From NCBI GenBank assembly GCA_963675755.2, contig CAXXMD010000001.1, positions 192,001-256,000 of the forward strand: DNA of 64,000 nucleotides, read 5' to 3'. The position numbers were made by a program, and so were the translations under genes. The notes below the pieces were generated by a model. It made no database searches. It was not told the DNA's origin and saw only the letters and a program-made list of their open reading frames with translations. This document shows positions 1 to 10,318 of this stretch, in pieces (position 1 is the stretch's first letter; each line of letters begins with the position of its first letter). The DNA is from a bacterium. GTDB taxonomy: Bacteria > Zhuqueibacterota > Zhuqueibacteria > Residuimicrobiales > Krinioviventaceae.

Positions 1-251
1 CAGGTCGAGTTGGATTTAAAGGTTCACGTAAAAGTACTCCATTTGCGGCACAGATGGCCGCAGAGTCTGCTGCAAAAGAAGCAATGGATTTGGGTTTGAA
101 ACGGGTTGAAGTATTAGTAAAAGGACCCGGTGCAGGCCGTGAAGCAGCTGTTCGTTCTTTGCAAGCTGCAGGATTAGAGATTACAGCTATTAAAGATTGT
201 ACTCCTATTCCTCACAATGGTTGTCGGCCCCCAAAACGTCGGCGTGTATAA
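1..251 (+). CDS. rpsK: 30S ribosomal protein S11 (5'-truncated by window edge)
   Basis: Frame is open from the window start ([20 protein letters not shown]...); GPGAGRE and [14 protein letters not shown] motifs; precedes rpsD-rpoA-rplQ. Confidence 0.97.
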   Translation, partial: GRVGFKGSRKSTPFAAQMAAESAAKEAMDLGLKRVEVLVKGPGAGREAAVRSLQAAGLEITAIKDCTPIPHNGCRPPKRRRV

Positions 252-316
252 TTTTGAATTTGATTCTAAAGTGTGCGGAACCCGTTTCCGTTTGATCTGT
301 TAGGAGGTTTATATAA

Positions 317-946
317 ATGGCTAGACATACAGGCGCTGTCTGTAAAATTTGTCGTAGAGAAGGCATGAAGCTTTTTCTTAAAGGAAGCAAGTGCTCGTCT
401 AATAAATGTACTTTTGATAAAAAAAGTTATGGTCCAGGACAGCATGGACAAAGAAGAAGTTTTAAACAATCTGAATATTCTATTCAGCTTCGTGAAAAAC
501 AAAAAATTAAAAGAATGTATGGATTGCTGGAACGTCAATTCCGTAATTATTTTGAAAAAGCAGACCGTGCACAAGGTATTACCGGTGAAAATCTATTACA
601 GATGCTCGAATGTCGTTTAGACAATGTAGTACATAGATTAGGTTTGGCACCATCAAGAATATCTGCACGTCAACTTGTTCGCCATAAACATATTTTGGTT
701 AATGGTCGTCGGGTTGATATTCCGTCTTTTCAATTGCAAACCGGAGATGTAATAACTGTTGCAGAAAAAAGCCGCAAACTTGATATGATTCATGATTCTA
801 TGAAAAGAGTTCGCGATGGTAAATTGGTTCCCTGGTTAACTTTGGATAAAGCCAAAATGGAAGGAACCGTTTTAGAAGCTCCAACACGTGATAGTATTCC
901 GGTGAATGTGAATGAACAGTTGGTTGTAGAGTTGTATTCCAAATAA
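317..946 (+). CDS. rpsD: 30S ribosomal protein S4
   Basis: MARHTG..CKICRREG zinc-type N-terminus, QLREKQK, LECRLDNVV, VVELYSK; AGGAGG SD upstream. Confidence 0.98.
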   Translation: MARHTGAVCKICRREGMKLFLKGSKCSSNKCTFDKKSYGPGQHGQRRSFKQSEYSIQLREKQKIKRMYGLLERQFRNYFEKADRAQGITGENLLQMLECRLDNVVHRLGLAPSRISARQLVRHKHILVNGRRVDIPSFQLQTGDVITVAEKSRKLDMIHDSMKRVRDGKLVPWLTLDKAKMEGTVLEAPTRDSIPVNVNEQLVVELYSK

Positions 947-988
947 CGTTTTCAATAGAAAAGTAAAATTAACGAATGGAGTTCATTT

Positions 989-1990
989 ATGGCTTTACCA
1001 AGTTTTCAAATGCCCGAAAGCATTGAACTGGATGAGTCAACATATAGCAATACATACGGCCGATTTATTGTGCAACCACTGGAAAGGGGTTTTGGTACAA
1101 CTATAGGAAATTCCCTGAGACGTGTATTACTATCCTCAATTCCAGGAACTGCTATTACCAGTTTTCGAATCGATAATAATAATGGTGAATCCATTTTACA
1201 CGAATTCAGTACTGTTGGTGGCGTTCAGGAAGATATTTCCGAGGTTGTTCTCAATTTAAAACAGGTAAAAATTAAATTGATTGAAAAACGACCAGAAAAA
1301 GTTGTTCTGGATGTTAAAGGCCCCGGTGAATTTACTGCTGCTGATATTCAGCAGGGATCACAGGAATTTGAAATTTTAAATCCTGATCTTCATATTGCTA
1401 CTTTGAATGATGAAGCTGATTTCAAATTGGAATTGCGTATTGGACGTGGTAGGGGTTATGTACCCTCTGAAGAAAATAAAATGCCCGATATGCCCATTGG
1501 TACTGTGCCAATTGATTCAATTTTTACACCGGTCACTCAAGTGACTTATCAAGTTGAAAATACTCGAGTTGGTCAAAAGACCGATTATGAAAAATTAATT
1601 CTTGAAATTAATACAGATGGCAGTATCACACCTGATGACGCCCTCAGTTATGCCGGTAAAATACTCAAGGACCATATTCAGCTATTTATCACTTTTGATG
1701 TTGACACTGAAGAAGAAGAAGTACCGGAAGTAGATGAAGAAGTAATCCGTATTCGCAGATTGTTGAACATGAGCGTTGATGAACTTGAACTCTCTGTTCG
1801 TTCTCATAACTGCTTGATGGCTGCAAATATTAAAACCATTTCAGATCTGGTAAGACGTGATGAGCAGGAAATGCTCAAATTCAGAAATTTTGGTCGTAAA
1901 TCTTTGACTGAATTAAACAAAATCCTGGAAGAAAAAGGTCTCCATTTTGGAATGGATATTGAAAAATATTTGAAAAAAGGTGAAGAATAG
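989..1990 (+). CDS. rpoA: RNA polymerase alpha subunit
   Basis: PLERGFGTTIGNSLRRVLLSS, VENTRVGQKTDY, LELSVRSHNCL, NFGRKSL. Confidence 0.98.
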   Translation: MALPSFQMPESIELDESTYSNTYGRFIVQPLERGFGTTIGNSLRRVLLSSIPGTAITSFRIDNNNGESILHEFSTVGGVQEDISEVVLNLKQVKIKLIEKRPEKVVLDVKGPGEFTAADIQQGSQEFEILNPDLHIATLNDEADFKLELRIGRGRGYVPSEENKMPDMPIGTVPIDSIFTPVTQVTYQVENTRVGQKTDYEKLILEINTDGSITPDDALSYAGKILKDHIQLFITFDVDTEEEEVPEVDEEVIRIRRLLNMSVDELELSVRSHNCLMAANIKTISDLVRRDEQEMLKFRNFGRKSLTELNKILEEKGLHFGMDIEKYLKKGEE

Positions 1991-2028
1991 TATAGTTACT
2001 GAATATACTTAATTAGGGAAATGTATTC

Positions 2029-2487
2029 ATGAGACATTTAAAATCCGGAAGAAAATTAGGACGTACTGCAAGCCATAGAAAAGCAACACTTGCTAATTTA
2101 GCTATTGCTTTATTAAGCCACAAAAGTATTGTAACTACTACTCCAAAGGCTAAAGAAGCACGTTCTACAGTTGAACGCTTGGTTACTTTTGCAAAAAAAG
2201 GTGACTTGGCTGCAAGACGTCAGGTGTTACGTACAATTCGTGACAAAGCCCTGGTTAAAGAGCTCTTTGAAGAAATTGCACCCAAGTATGCTGAGCGTAA
2301 CGGTGGTTACACACGAATTATTAAAATTGGCCGACGTAAAGGTGACAATGCACCGCTTGCAATTTTTGAGCTTGTTGGATATGAATCTGCAAAAGCTGAA
2401 AAATTAGAAAAGCAACGGAAAAAACGTGAAGCTAAATCTGAAGAGCAAGAAAAACAAGCTGAAGAAGAAGCTTCCGGCGAAGAGTAA
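2029..2487 (+). CDS. rplQ: 50S ribosomal protein L17
   Basis: [27 protein letters not shown]; charged C-terminal extension. Confidence 0.98.
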   Translation: MRHLKSGRKLGRTASHRKATLANLAIALLSHKSIVTTTPKAKEARSTVERLVTFAKKGDLAARRQVLRTIRDKALVKELFEEIAPKYAERNGGYTRIIKIGRRKGDNAPLAIFELVGYESAKAEKLEKQRKKREAKSEEQEKQAEEEASGEE

Positions 2488-2503
2488 GAAAAATTTATTT
2501 TTT

Positions 2504-2536
2504 AAAAGGGCGAGCCTGTGCTTGCCCTTTTTTTTT
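2504..2536 (+). terminator. Intrinsic terminator of the alpha operon
   Basis: AAAAGGGCGAGC-ctgt-GCTTGCCCTTTT followed by a T run. Confidence 0.85.
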
Positions 2537-2566
2537 GTATATTTATTCATCCCTTTTGGTTTTCCA

Positions 2567-2595
2567 TTGGTTTTTTTCCTTCAATTGTTTATATT
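2567..2595 (+). promoter_or_regulatory. Putative sigma70 promoter
   Basis: TTGGTT-17 nt-TATATT upstream of the lipoprotein/OMP pair. Confidence 0.4.
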
Positions 2596-2718
2596 AGCTT
2601 TTTCCAGTCTGGCGTAACTTATTGAGACTGTATTTTAAATTTTGTGTTTGCTCGTAAGGAACTTATTTATACGAATTCAGTAAAAGAATACAAAAACAAC
2701 CTTGTTATAGGAACCGGA

Positions 2719-3975
2719 ATGAAAAGACTATTAGCCTTATTATCACTTTCTTTTCTTTTATATTGTACTCACGATAAACCCCTGCCAAGCGGTTATGAAT
2801 TATTGAACCGTGAAAACAAGGGGGAGATTATTGTTAAAGAGTATCCAGCAACGCGTACTGCAACATATTGGAGTACACCCCAGGCTGGAATTCAAAATTC
2901 ACTAATGCTTGGACAGCTTGGACCTTATAAATCCTTTATTGCTTTTCGTTTTGTGAATTTTTCTGCAATTGATACAACAACTGTTAACTCTGTTACCTTG
3001 AATCTTGAACAATTCTTTCATTATGGTGATGGTGGCTCTTTCCAGGTAACAGCTTATCCTCTAACAGAAGCATGGATTTCTACATACATCTATGAGAGTG
3101 ACTGGGAATCCGCAGTTTGGGATGATATTCAAAACAAGATAGATTACGGGAAACCTATTGGTACATTTACTGCAGGACCCACAGATTCTGTTTCTACGGT
3201 AACATTTGATCTTGATACTGCAATTGTAAATAATTGGGTTCGACAGTATCAATTATTATACAATGATGATGAAACAGATGATATCGAAGAAAATTTTGGT
3301 TTTGTGCTGACCCTGGAATCTGCAGATGTTATGTGTCAATATTATTCTGCTGAAGTGAGTGGCGCCTGGCCTTATCTGTCAATATCTTATGATCCCATTG
3401 ATCAGGATGTTGAAGTTGAAACCGATACTGTTTACGGATATATCGATGCCAGTTTGATTCAGTACGACACTGATGTATTACCAGAGCAGATAATTGAAAA
3501 TCCCGATTATTTAAATATTGGTAATGCTTCAGGTTATAAAACTTTTTTACAATTTCATACCGAAGACATCCCCAAAGAAGCAACTATACATCATGCAATG
3601 ATTACAATGAATGTGGTATCCAATGAAGATACAACGAATTTAATACCAATTAGTGTTATCCCCATTTTTGGTGATTCGTTATGGAATCCTCAAGAAATGG
3701 TTTTGGACAGTTTGCACGAAGTTCCAACAGCATATGCTGCTTCTATATATGAAGAATTCAATATGTCTAATTCTACTGCTACGTCAAATATGTCTACTAT
3801 AGTACAGCATTGGGCTTGGAATCTTTATAAAAATTATGGTTTATTATTGTTTTCAGGTGACGAAGGATATAGTCTTTCAGAAATTAGTTTTTACTCTGGG
3901 AAGAATGATTCAACTTTGGTACCGAAACTGCGCGTAACTTATTCATTGCCGCCAGACCTTCGTTTCTCAGAATAA
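2719..3975 (+). CDS. Surface lipoprotein, DUF4270/BamH-like
   Basis: Start re-assigned to ATG 2719 (MKRLLALLSLSFLLYC, lipobox-like Cys); beta-rich, with NSVTLNL..YGD..VTAYPL and C-terminal PKLRVTYS resembling DUF4270 lipoproteins. Confidence 0.55.
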   Translation: MKRLLALLSLSFLLYCTHDKPLPSGYELLNRENKGEIIVKEYPATRTATYWSTPQAGIQNSLMLGQLGPYKSFIAFRFVNFSAIDTTTVNSVTLNLEQFFHYGDGGSFQVTAYPLTEAWISTYIYESDWESAVWDDIQNKIDYGKPIGTFTAGPTDSVSTVTFDLDTAIVNNWVRQYQLLYNDDETDDIEENFGFVLTLESADVMCQYYSAEVSGAWPYLSISYDPIDQDVEVETDTVYGYIDASLIQYDTDVLPEQIIENPDYLNIGNASGYKTFLQFHTEDIPKEATIHHAMITMNVVSNEDTTNLIPISVIPIFGDSLWNPQEMVLDSLHEVPTAYAASIYEEFNMSNSTATSNMSTIVQHWAWNLYKNYGLLLFSGDEGYSLSEISFYSGKNDSTLVPKLRVTYSLPPDLRFSE

Positions 3976-4004
3976 ATCAGCATTAAACAGTACAGGATAA
4001 TTTT

Positions 4005-5207
4005 ATGAATCTGAAAAAATATATAGCATTATTATCTCTGATATTAACAGGTTTGTTTTTAACCGGATCCGTTTACGGAGATTCATACTATTCTTCTATT
4101 GGAATGGGTATGCCGCATTATTTTGTTTCTCCCAAAGCTGTAGGTATGGGTGGTGCTGGATTGGGTGTGATGGACCGTTTTGCATTAAATTCAATGAATC
4201 CGGCTGCTGTTTTTGTTCAGGGTAAAACCACCGTTTCCCTTGATTCTTATATGGAGATGGTTGAAAGTAAATACAACGATCAAAATTCTGTAACACGTAA
4301 TGGAAATCCATCTGGTTTTCATTTTTATGTACCTTTGCATAGCAGAGTTACTTTTCTTGCCGGTTTGAAAGCATTAACACGTGCGAAATATAATTTAGAA
4401 ATTGATGGTCAAACCGATTATGTTGAATATACCCGTTTTGTAAGAGGTTCCGGTGGAGTAAGTGCGGGTGTGCTTGGTTTGCAATATTTAATAACAAAAA
4501 ATTTGGTATTAGGTGCAAATGCAAAATTCGATTTTGGTAGTTTTAATGAAGAATGGAAAACTGAATTTAGCGAAGATGCCTATACAGATGCTGCAGATGA
4601 ATTAACAAGTCATTTATGGGGCGCTGGTTTTGAACTGGGTATGTATTTGCTGCCAGCAGATTGGTTTTCTTTGGGTATTATTTATCATAGTAAGAGTAAG
4701 TTGAATGTTGAAGACAATATTACATTGGGTAGCGCATTAGTTACAGATATTGTAGAGTCTTCTGTTAATTATCCCCAGGCGTTGGGTATTGGAACTTCGG
4801 TTTCAATGAGTAAAGTTCAATTAGCATTCGATGTGTATACACAGTTTTGGGATCAATTTGAATTAGACGGAATTGTTACCAAAGAATTTAATAATTATAC
4901 CCGCATTGGCGGTGGTATGGAATACAGAGATTCACACAGTTATCTGGATGCGTATCATAGACGAATCGCTTACAGGCTAGGTGGTTATTTCAGCCAATTA
5001 CCATATACAGATGTTGATGGCTCAACTGTAAACGAGTTGTTTGCAACAGCAGGTTTAGGCTTTCCTTTTTTCGGTGGCACCGGTCAGCTTGACTTTGCAT
5101 TAGAGTATGGTAAACGGAGCGGTAATAACGTAGGATATAGCGAAAATGTACTACGTTTTTCTGCAAGTTTCAGTGGTTCAGAGCTTTGGTTCCAACGACG
5201 CCGTTAA
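4005..5207 (+). CDS. Outer-membrane beta-barrel, FadL/OmpP1 superfamily (BamG-like)
   Basis: Signal peptide, YSSIGMG...GMGGAG...NPAA hatch motif, alternating beta strands, C-terminal ELWFQRRR similar to the conserved Bacteroidota WF-basic ending. Confidence 0.7.
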   Translation: MNLKKYIALLSLILTGLFLTGSVYGDSYYSSIGMGMPHYFVSPKAVGMGGAGLGVMDRFALNSMNPAAVFVQGKTTVSLDSYMEMVESKYNDQNSVTRNGNPSGFHFYVPLHSRVTFLAGLKALTRAKYNLEIDGQTDYVEYTRFVRGSGGVSAGVLGLQYLITKNLVLGANAKFDFGSFNEEWKTEFSEDAYTDAADELTSHLWGAGFELGMYLLPADWFSLGIIYHSKSKLNVEDNITLGSALVTDIVESSVNYPQALGIGTSVSMSKVQLAFDVYTQFWDQFELDGIVTKEFNNYTRIGGGMEYRDSHSYLDAYHRRIAYRLGGYFSQLPYTDVDGSTVNELFATAGLGFPFFGGTGQLDFALEYGKRSGNNVGYSENVLRFSASFSGSELWFQRRR

Positions 5208-5233
5208 TTCCTCAATTTCAGTTAAAAAATGAC

Positions 5234-5262
5234 TTGATTTTTTCTCTTGATTTGACTAAAAT
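5234..5262 (+). promoter_or_regulatory. Putative sigma70 promoter
   Basis: TTGATT-17 nt-TAAAAT with an upstream A tract. Confidence 0.55.
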
Positions 5263-5331
5263 TACATGATATTTTGTTCATTGAATTGTTAGATATTGGA
5301 TTATATATTAAATTTACGAGGAGGTACCACG

Positions 5332-6606
5332 GTGCTTGAAAAAGGCAAACTTTATTATGGAATCAGTTTTGTGGCTTTGTTTCTCATGTTAATCATTGCT
5401 GCATCATCCATGATGACAGGTTGTACACCTGCGCAACAGACTGTTCAAATCAGCCCTGAAAGACAAAAAGCCATTCAAGATTCATTAGATAAAGCTTATC
5501 GCCATCAATTGGACTTGAATTTCAGTATTGGCCGCGAACATCAGAAAAATGGAAATCATAAAGATTCTATCAAACCCTACTGGAAAGTTGTTGAATTAGA
5601 TACCATAGATCGCTTTCCCGATATTTACACCTTTTTAGGTGACTGCTATATGAAACTCGATAAACCAGATAGTGCTTTGATTGTATTCAAGATGGGTACC
5701 GAGCGTGCACCTCAAAAAATACACAATCATAGAATGACTGCTTATTTGAGTATTCCTTTGGGTGATAATGAAACTGCTATTAATGAATATAGAAAAACCA
5801 TCGAATTGGATCCTGATAATCTTTCTGATTATAAAGCTTTGGGAACATTATTGTTGCAGGAAAATATGTTAGAAGATGCTCTCGAAATTTATAACAAGAT
5901 TCTTGAATTATCACCTCAGGATGCCGAAGCTGCTGATACAAAAACCCGTATCATGTCTTCATTAGGTTTTGATGATTACGATATTATTGATGCTAAAAAA
6001 GAAGCCTTGGCTACAAATGAAACAGATACACAGCTTATGAGCGAAATTGCAGACAAGTATTTTAAACTTGCTGAATACAAGAATGCTTTGGAATATTATA
6101 ACATGTACCTGGCAATCAAGTCAGATGATGAACGTGTACTTGAATATGCTGGAAGCTGTTATCAGAACATGACTCAATACAAAGATGCAATTGCTGTTTA
6201 TGAAAAAGTACTTGCAGTAAATCCTGAGCATAAAAAAGTATTGTGCGAAATGGGTGTTTGTTACAAAGAATTGAAACAGTTTGTTAAAGCTCGTAGTATG
6301 GCCAATAAAGCTATTGCAGTAGATTCTAATTATGGTTTAGCATATATGGTTCGTGGATTAACCTATGAAGCATGTGCTGATGAATGTATTGGTAAACGTG
6401 AAAAACGCGTTTCAAAAATTGATGATAAATTGGTTTATAAACTGGCTTATGATGAATATCAAAAAGCAGCCAAAGATGTGATGTTTTCAGATCAGGCACG
6501 TAATCGTATGAATTACATTAAACCTGAAATTCCTTCTCAGGAAGATTTGTTCATGTACCCGAACAAAAAGAAAGCAGAACTTGACTGCTATAAATGGATA
6601 TATTAA
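5332..6606 (+). CDS. TPR-repeat (lipo)protein
   Basis: GAGGAGG SD places the start at GTG 5332; hydrophobic signal ending MMTGC; multiple TPR helices (A..Y.K.LELDP). Confidence 0.85.
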   Translation: MLEKGKLYYGISFVALFLMLIIAASSMMTGCTPAQQTVQISPERQKAIQDSLDKAYRHQLDLNFSIGREHQKNGNHKDSIKPYWKVVELDTIDRFPDIYTFLGDCYMKLDKPDSALIVFKMGTERAPQKIHNHRMTAYLSIPLGDNETAINEYRKTIELDPDNLSDYKALGTLLLQENMLEDALEIYNKILELSPQDAEAADTKTRIMSSLGFDDYDIIDAKKEALATNETDTQLMSEIADKYFKLAEYKNALEYYNMYLAIKSDDERVLEYAGSCYQNMTQYKDAIAVYEKVLAVNPEHKKVLCEMGVCYKELKQFVKARSMANKAIAVDSNYGLAYMVRGLTYEACADECIGKREKRVSKIDDKLVYKLAYDEYQKAAKDVMFSDQARNRMNYIKPEIPSQEDLFMYPNKKKAELDCYKWIY

Positions 6607-6628
6607 TATCAGAATGTAATGATTTTTT

Positions 6629-6658
6629 CAGGAGGGCCAATGCCCTCCTGTTTTTTTT
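6629..6658 (+). terminator. Intrinsic terminator
   Basis: CAGGAGGGC-caat-GCCCTCCTG + T8. Confidence 0.85.
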
Positions 6659-6678
6659 GGCAAGTATTGGAGATTTAA

Positions 6679-7119
6679 ATGACAATTGCTATCGGTTCGG
6701 ATCACGCCGGTTTTGATCTCAAACAAGAAATTATAAAATATTTACAAGAATTAGAGTTTAACGTAGAAGATTTTGGTACTTATTCTGCGGAACGTGTTGA
6801 TTATCCTGATTATGCTATCAAAGTAGCACATAGTGTTACATCTGGTGAAAATCAGTTTGGAATTCTGGTTTGTGGTTCTGGTATAGGCATCTCAATCACA
6901 GCTAATAAAGTCAGGGGAATCCGTGCAGCGCTTTGTTGTTCGGAATATATGGCAGAAATGGCCCGTAAACATAATAATGCTAATATTCTTGCCATGGGTG
7001 GTCGTACGACTCCTCCCGAACTTGCGAAAAAGATTATTGATGTATTTTTCTCAACAGAGTTTGAGGGAGGTCGTCATTTAACGCGTGTTAATAAAATACA
7101 TACATTAACCGGGAAATAA
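6679..7119 (+). CDS. rpiB: Ribose-5-phosphate isomerase B
   Basis: [37 protein letters not shown]. Confidence 0.96.
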   Translation: MTIAIGSDHAGFDLKQEIIKYLQELEFNVEDFGTYSAERVDYPDYAIKVAHSVTSGENQFGILVCGSGIGISITANKVRGIRAALCCSEYMAEMARKHNNANILAMGGRTTPPELAKKIIDVFFSTEFEGGRHLTRVNKIHTLTGK

Positions 7120-7123
7120 TATA

Positions 7124-8413
7124 ATGAACAGTTTAGATTTGTTGCAGTCCTTTGATCCTGAAGTTTATAATGCGATTAAAGATGAAACTGAACGACAGAA
7201 TCAAAAACTTGAATTGATTGCGTCTGAAAATTTTGTAAGCGTGCAGGTCATGCAGGCTATGGGTCAGGTAATGACCAATAAATATGCGGAAGGATATCCC
7301 GCAAAACGTTATTATGGTGGTTGTGAGCATGTAGACGTTGTGGAAGATTTGGCGCGTGACCGTGCAAAGAAATTATTTAATGCGGAGCATGTTAACGTAC
7401 AGCCGCATTCAGGTTCACAGGCAAATATTGCTGCGTATTTCACCTTTTTAAAACCTGGTGATAAAGTGATGGGCATGGATCTTTCTCATGGTGGCCATCT
7501 TACCCATGGTAGTCCTGCAAATTTTTCCGGAAAATTGTTTGATATAGTCAGTTATGGAGTAGATAAAACCGGTTATATCGATATGAACCAAATGGAAGAG
7601 ATTGCTCTAAAAGAAAAGCCCAAAATGATTATAACAGGTGCAAGTGCATATTCTCGTGAAATTGATTATGCCGGTTTTCGTGCCATTGCAGACAAGATTG
7701 GCGCTAAACTCATGTCAGATATTGCACATCCTGCTGGTTTAATTGCTGCCGGATTGATTAAAAGTCCGATTCCACATTGTCATATTGTTACTACTACTAC
7801 CCACAAGACGCTTCGCGGACCCCGTGGTGGTATGATTCTGATTGGTAAAGATGAAGAAAACGATTTAGGATTAACTACCTTGAAAGGTAGAGTTAAAAAA
7901 GTATCTGAAATTGTAGATTCAAATGTTTTTCCCGGTTTTCAGGGTGGTCCTTTAATGCATGTTATTGCAGCAAAAGCTGTAGCATTCAAAGAAGCTTTGC
8001 AGGATGATTTTATTGAATATCAAAAGCAGGTAATCAAAAACGCTCAGGCATTAGCAAAAGCGTTAGAAGATAAAGATTATAATATTGTTTCAGGTGGTAC
8101 AGATACGCATGTAATGCTGATCGATCTCCGTAACCATAATCTTACAGGTAAAGTTGCGGAAAAAGCATTAGAAGAAGCTGGTATTACCGTAAATAAAAAT
8201 ATGGTACCATTTGATGACCAAAGCCCATTTGTTACAAGTGGCATCAGATTGGGCACACCGGCGTTGACTACTCGTGGCATGAAAGAAGATGCTATGATTG
8301 AAATAGCAGGAATGATTGACACGGTATTACTTGACGTTGAAAATGAATCAACCATGAGTAAAATTCGCAACCAGGTGAATGATTTGTGTAATCGTTACCC
8401 CCTGTATTCGTAA
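7124..8413 (+). CDS. glyA: Serine hydroxymethyltransferase
   Basis: [39 protein letters not shown] motif. Confidence 0.98.
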   Translation: MNSLDLLQSFDPEVYNAIKDETERQNQKLELIASENFVSVQVMQAMGQVMTNKYAEGYPAKRYYGGCEHVDVVEDLARDRAKKLFNAEHVNVQPHSGSQANIAAYFTFLKPGDKVMGMDLSHGGHLTHGSPANFSGKLFDIVSYGVDKTGYIDMNQMEEIALKEKPKMIITGASAYSREIDYAGFRAIADKIGAKLMSDIAHPAGLIAAGLIKSPIPHCHIVTTTTHKTLRGPRGGMILIGKDEENDLGLTTLKGRVKKVSEIVDSNVFPGFQGGPLMHVIAAKAVAFKEALQDDFIEYQKQVIKNAQALAKALEDKDYNIVSGGTDTHVMLIDLRNHNLTGKVAEKALEEAGITVNKNMVPFDDQSPFVTSGIRLGTPALTTRGMKEDAMIEIAGMIDTVLLDVENESTMSKIRNQVNDLCNRYPLYS

Positions 8414-8459
8414 TTATTCTCCCCATTGCGGGAACACCATAAAACGGGCCTAATGTGAC

Positions 8460-8906
8460 ATGAGATGTCCATTCTGTAATTATCATGATACAAAGGTAAT
8501 AGATTCTCGTACCCGCGACGGAGGACGATCTATTCGTCGTCGTCGTGAGTGCCTGAAATGCAGACGACGCTTTACTACCCGTGAACAAGTCGATGAAATT
8601 CCCTTATGGATCATAAAGCAGGACGGACGTCGTGAAGAATTTGACCGCGTAAAGATTTTGCATGGCCTTCAAGTCGCTTGCGCAAAACGGCCTGTTTCAA
8701 TATCTACAATTGAGCAGCTGGTTAATAAAATTGAATATGATTTTAGAGACCAGGGAGTTGAAGAAGTTGACTCTTCCGTAATTGGTCAATTGATTATGGA
8801 TGCTTTAAAAGAACTCGATGAAGTTGCATATGTTCGTTTTGCTTCAGTTTATAGAAATTTCCAGGCCAAAGAAGAGTTTCTTGATGAATTGAAGCAGTTA
8901 AAATAA
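8460..8906 (+). CDS. nrdR: Transcriptional repressor NrdR
   Basis: MRCPFC..VIDSR..IRRRRECLKC zinc ribbon plus ATP cone; VAYVRFASVYR. Confidence 0.97.
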   Translation: MRCPFCNYHDTKVIDSRTRDGGRSIRRRRECLKCRRRFTTREQVDEIPLWIIKQDGRREEFDRVKILHGLQVACAKRPVSISTIEQLVNKIEYDFRDQGVEEVDSSVIGQLIMDALKELDEVAYVRFASVYRNFQAKEEFLDELKQLK

Positions 8907-8938
8907 CTGGCCAGGTTTTTTAAAATAAAAATTTTGGA

Positions 8939-10279
8939 GTGATTTTGGGATTGTTTAATTCAAATTCTTTTTCCGGCGGCATTCATCCTCCCGAAAAAAA
9001 GAACACATCAAAAAAACAGATTGAAAAATGTCCCATTCCTAAAGAGGTTGTTATCCCTGTTCAACAACATATCGGTGCTCCGTCTAAACCTATTGTTGAA
9101 AAAGGAGATACAGTTCTTGTAGGTCAACCTATTTCTGAAGCCGGCGGTTTTGTTTCTGTTCCGTCTCATGCCTCAATTTCAGGTACTGTTAAAGCTGTTG
9201 AAGAACGGCCCCATCCATTGGGTACACCCGTATTATCTGTGGTGATAGAGAGTGATGGCGAAGATAACTGGGACCCGTCTATTACTCCCCAGGAAAATTA
9301 TTTAGAGCTCGATAAAAAAGAAATGATAACCCGAATTCAATCTGCTGGTATTGCAGGTATGGGTGGTGCTACATTTCCTACACATGTCAAATTGAGCCCT
9401 CCACCAGATAAACCTATTAATACTTTGATTTTGAATGGTGTTGAATGTGAACCTTATTTAACGTCAGATCATCGGGTAATGCTTGAAGAACCCGAAAAAG
9501 TTTTAAAAGGTATTCAGATTTTAACCAAAATTTTGGGATGCAGCCGTACTGTAATTGGCATAGAAAGCAACAAGCCCGATGCTGTCAAATTAATAAAGAA
9601 AATGTCAACAGAGATGGGACTCGATTATGAAGTGATTTCGCTTCATGTTAAATATCCCCAGGGAGCTGAAAAACAGTTGATTAAAGCAGTTACTGGCAAG
9701 TTTGTACCTGCAGGTGGTCTTCCTATGGATGTTGGCTGTGTAGTACAAAACGTAGGTACAGCAGCAGCTGTTTATGATGCTGTAGCGCAGAAAAAACCAC
9801 TTGTTGAAAGAGTTGTAACTGTTACAGGTAACGGAATTAAAGAAGCTAAAAATATTCTTGTACGCATTGGCACATCTTATTCAGATGTTTTTGAACAATG
9901 TGGTGGAATTAAAGAAAATGCCGGAAAACTAATCCTTGGTGGCCCCATGATGGGCTTGGCCCAGTCTTCTATGGAAGCTCCGGTGATCAAGGGGACTTCT
10001 GGTCTTTTGGTATTAGATGAAAAAGAAAGCAAACGTCGCCAGGTTACTGCATGTATTTCCTGTGCACGATGTGTTGATGTATGCCCAATGGGTTTAATGC
10101 CCAAAACAATAGCCGGTTTTGTGAAAAACGACCGCTTTGATGATGCCAAAAAATATAATGTAATGGATTGTATAGAATGCGGTTCTTGTGCATATGTATG
10201 CCCTGCTCATATTAACCTTGTGCATTTAATTAAATACGGCAAATCTCAGGTATTAAAAGAAATTAAAAAAGCCGGTTAA
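8939..10279 (+). CDS. rnfC: Rnf electron transport complex subunit C
   Basis: GGIHP, QHIGAP, GMGGATFPTHVK, ECEPYLTSD, two 4Fe-4S motifs. Confidence 0.96.
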   Translation: MILGLFNSNSFSGGIHPPEKKNTSKKQIEKCPIPKEVVIPVQQHIGAPSKPIVEKGDTVLVGQPISEAGGFVSVPSHASISGTVKAVEERPHPLGTPVLSVVIESDGEDNWDPSITPQENYLELDKKEMITRIQSAGIAGMGGATFPTHVKLSPPPDKPINTLILNGVECEPYLTSDHRVMLEEPEKVLKGIQILTKILGCSRTVIGIESNKPDAVKLIKKMSTEMGLDYEVISLHVKYPQGAEKQLIKAVTGKFVPAGGLPMDVGCVVQNVGTAAAVYDAVAQKKPLVERVVTVTGNGIKEAKNILVRIGTSYSDVFEQCGGIKENAGKLILGGPMMGLAQSSMEAPVIKGTSGLLVLDEKESKRRQVTACISCARCVDVCPMGLMPKTIAGFVKNDRFDDAKKYNVMDCIECGSCAYVCPAHINLVHLIKYGKSQVLKEIKKAG

Positions 10280-10318
10280 CTCTGAATTTTTTTGCTAAAG
10301 GAAAGACGAGTCTTTTAG

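Noticed and set aside
275-291. Small hairpin GCGGAA/TTCCGT between rpsK and rpsD as a possible S4 autoregulatory site
   Set aside because: Only 6 bp and no recognisable match to known S4 leaders; cannot be supported without an alignment.
2426-2617. 63-aa K/F-rich ORF after rplQ
   Set aside because: Overlaps the rplQ end and runs through the terminator and T tracts; its composition is an artefact of that sequence.
8414-8459. Possible NrdR box or leader before nrdR
   Set aside because: No convincing match to the acaCwAtATaTwGtg consensus.
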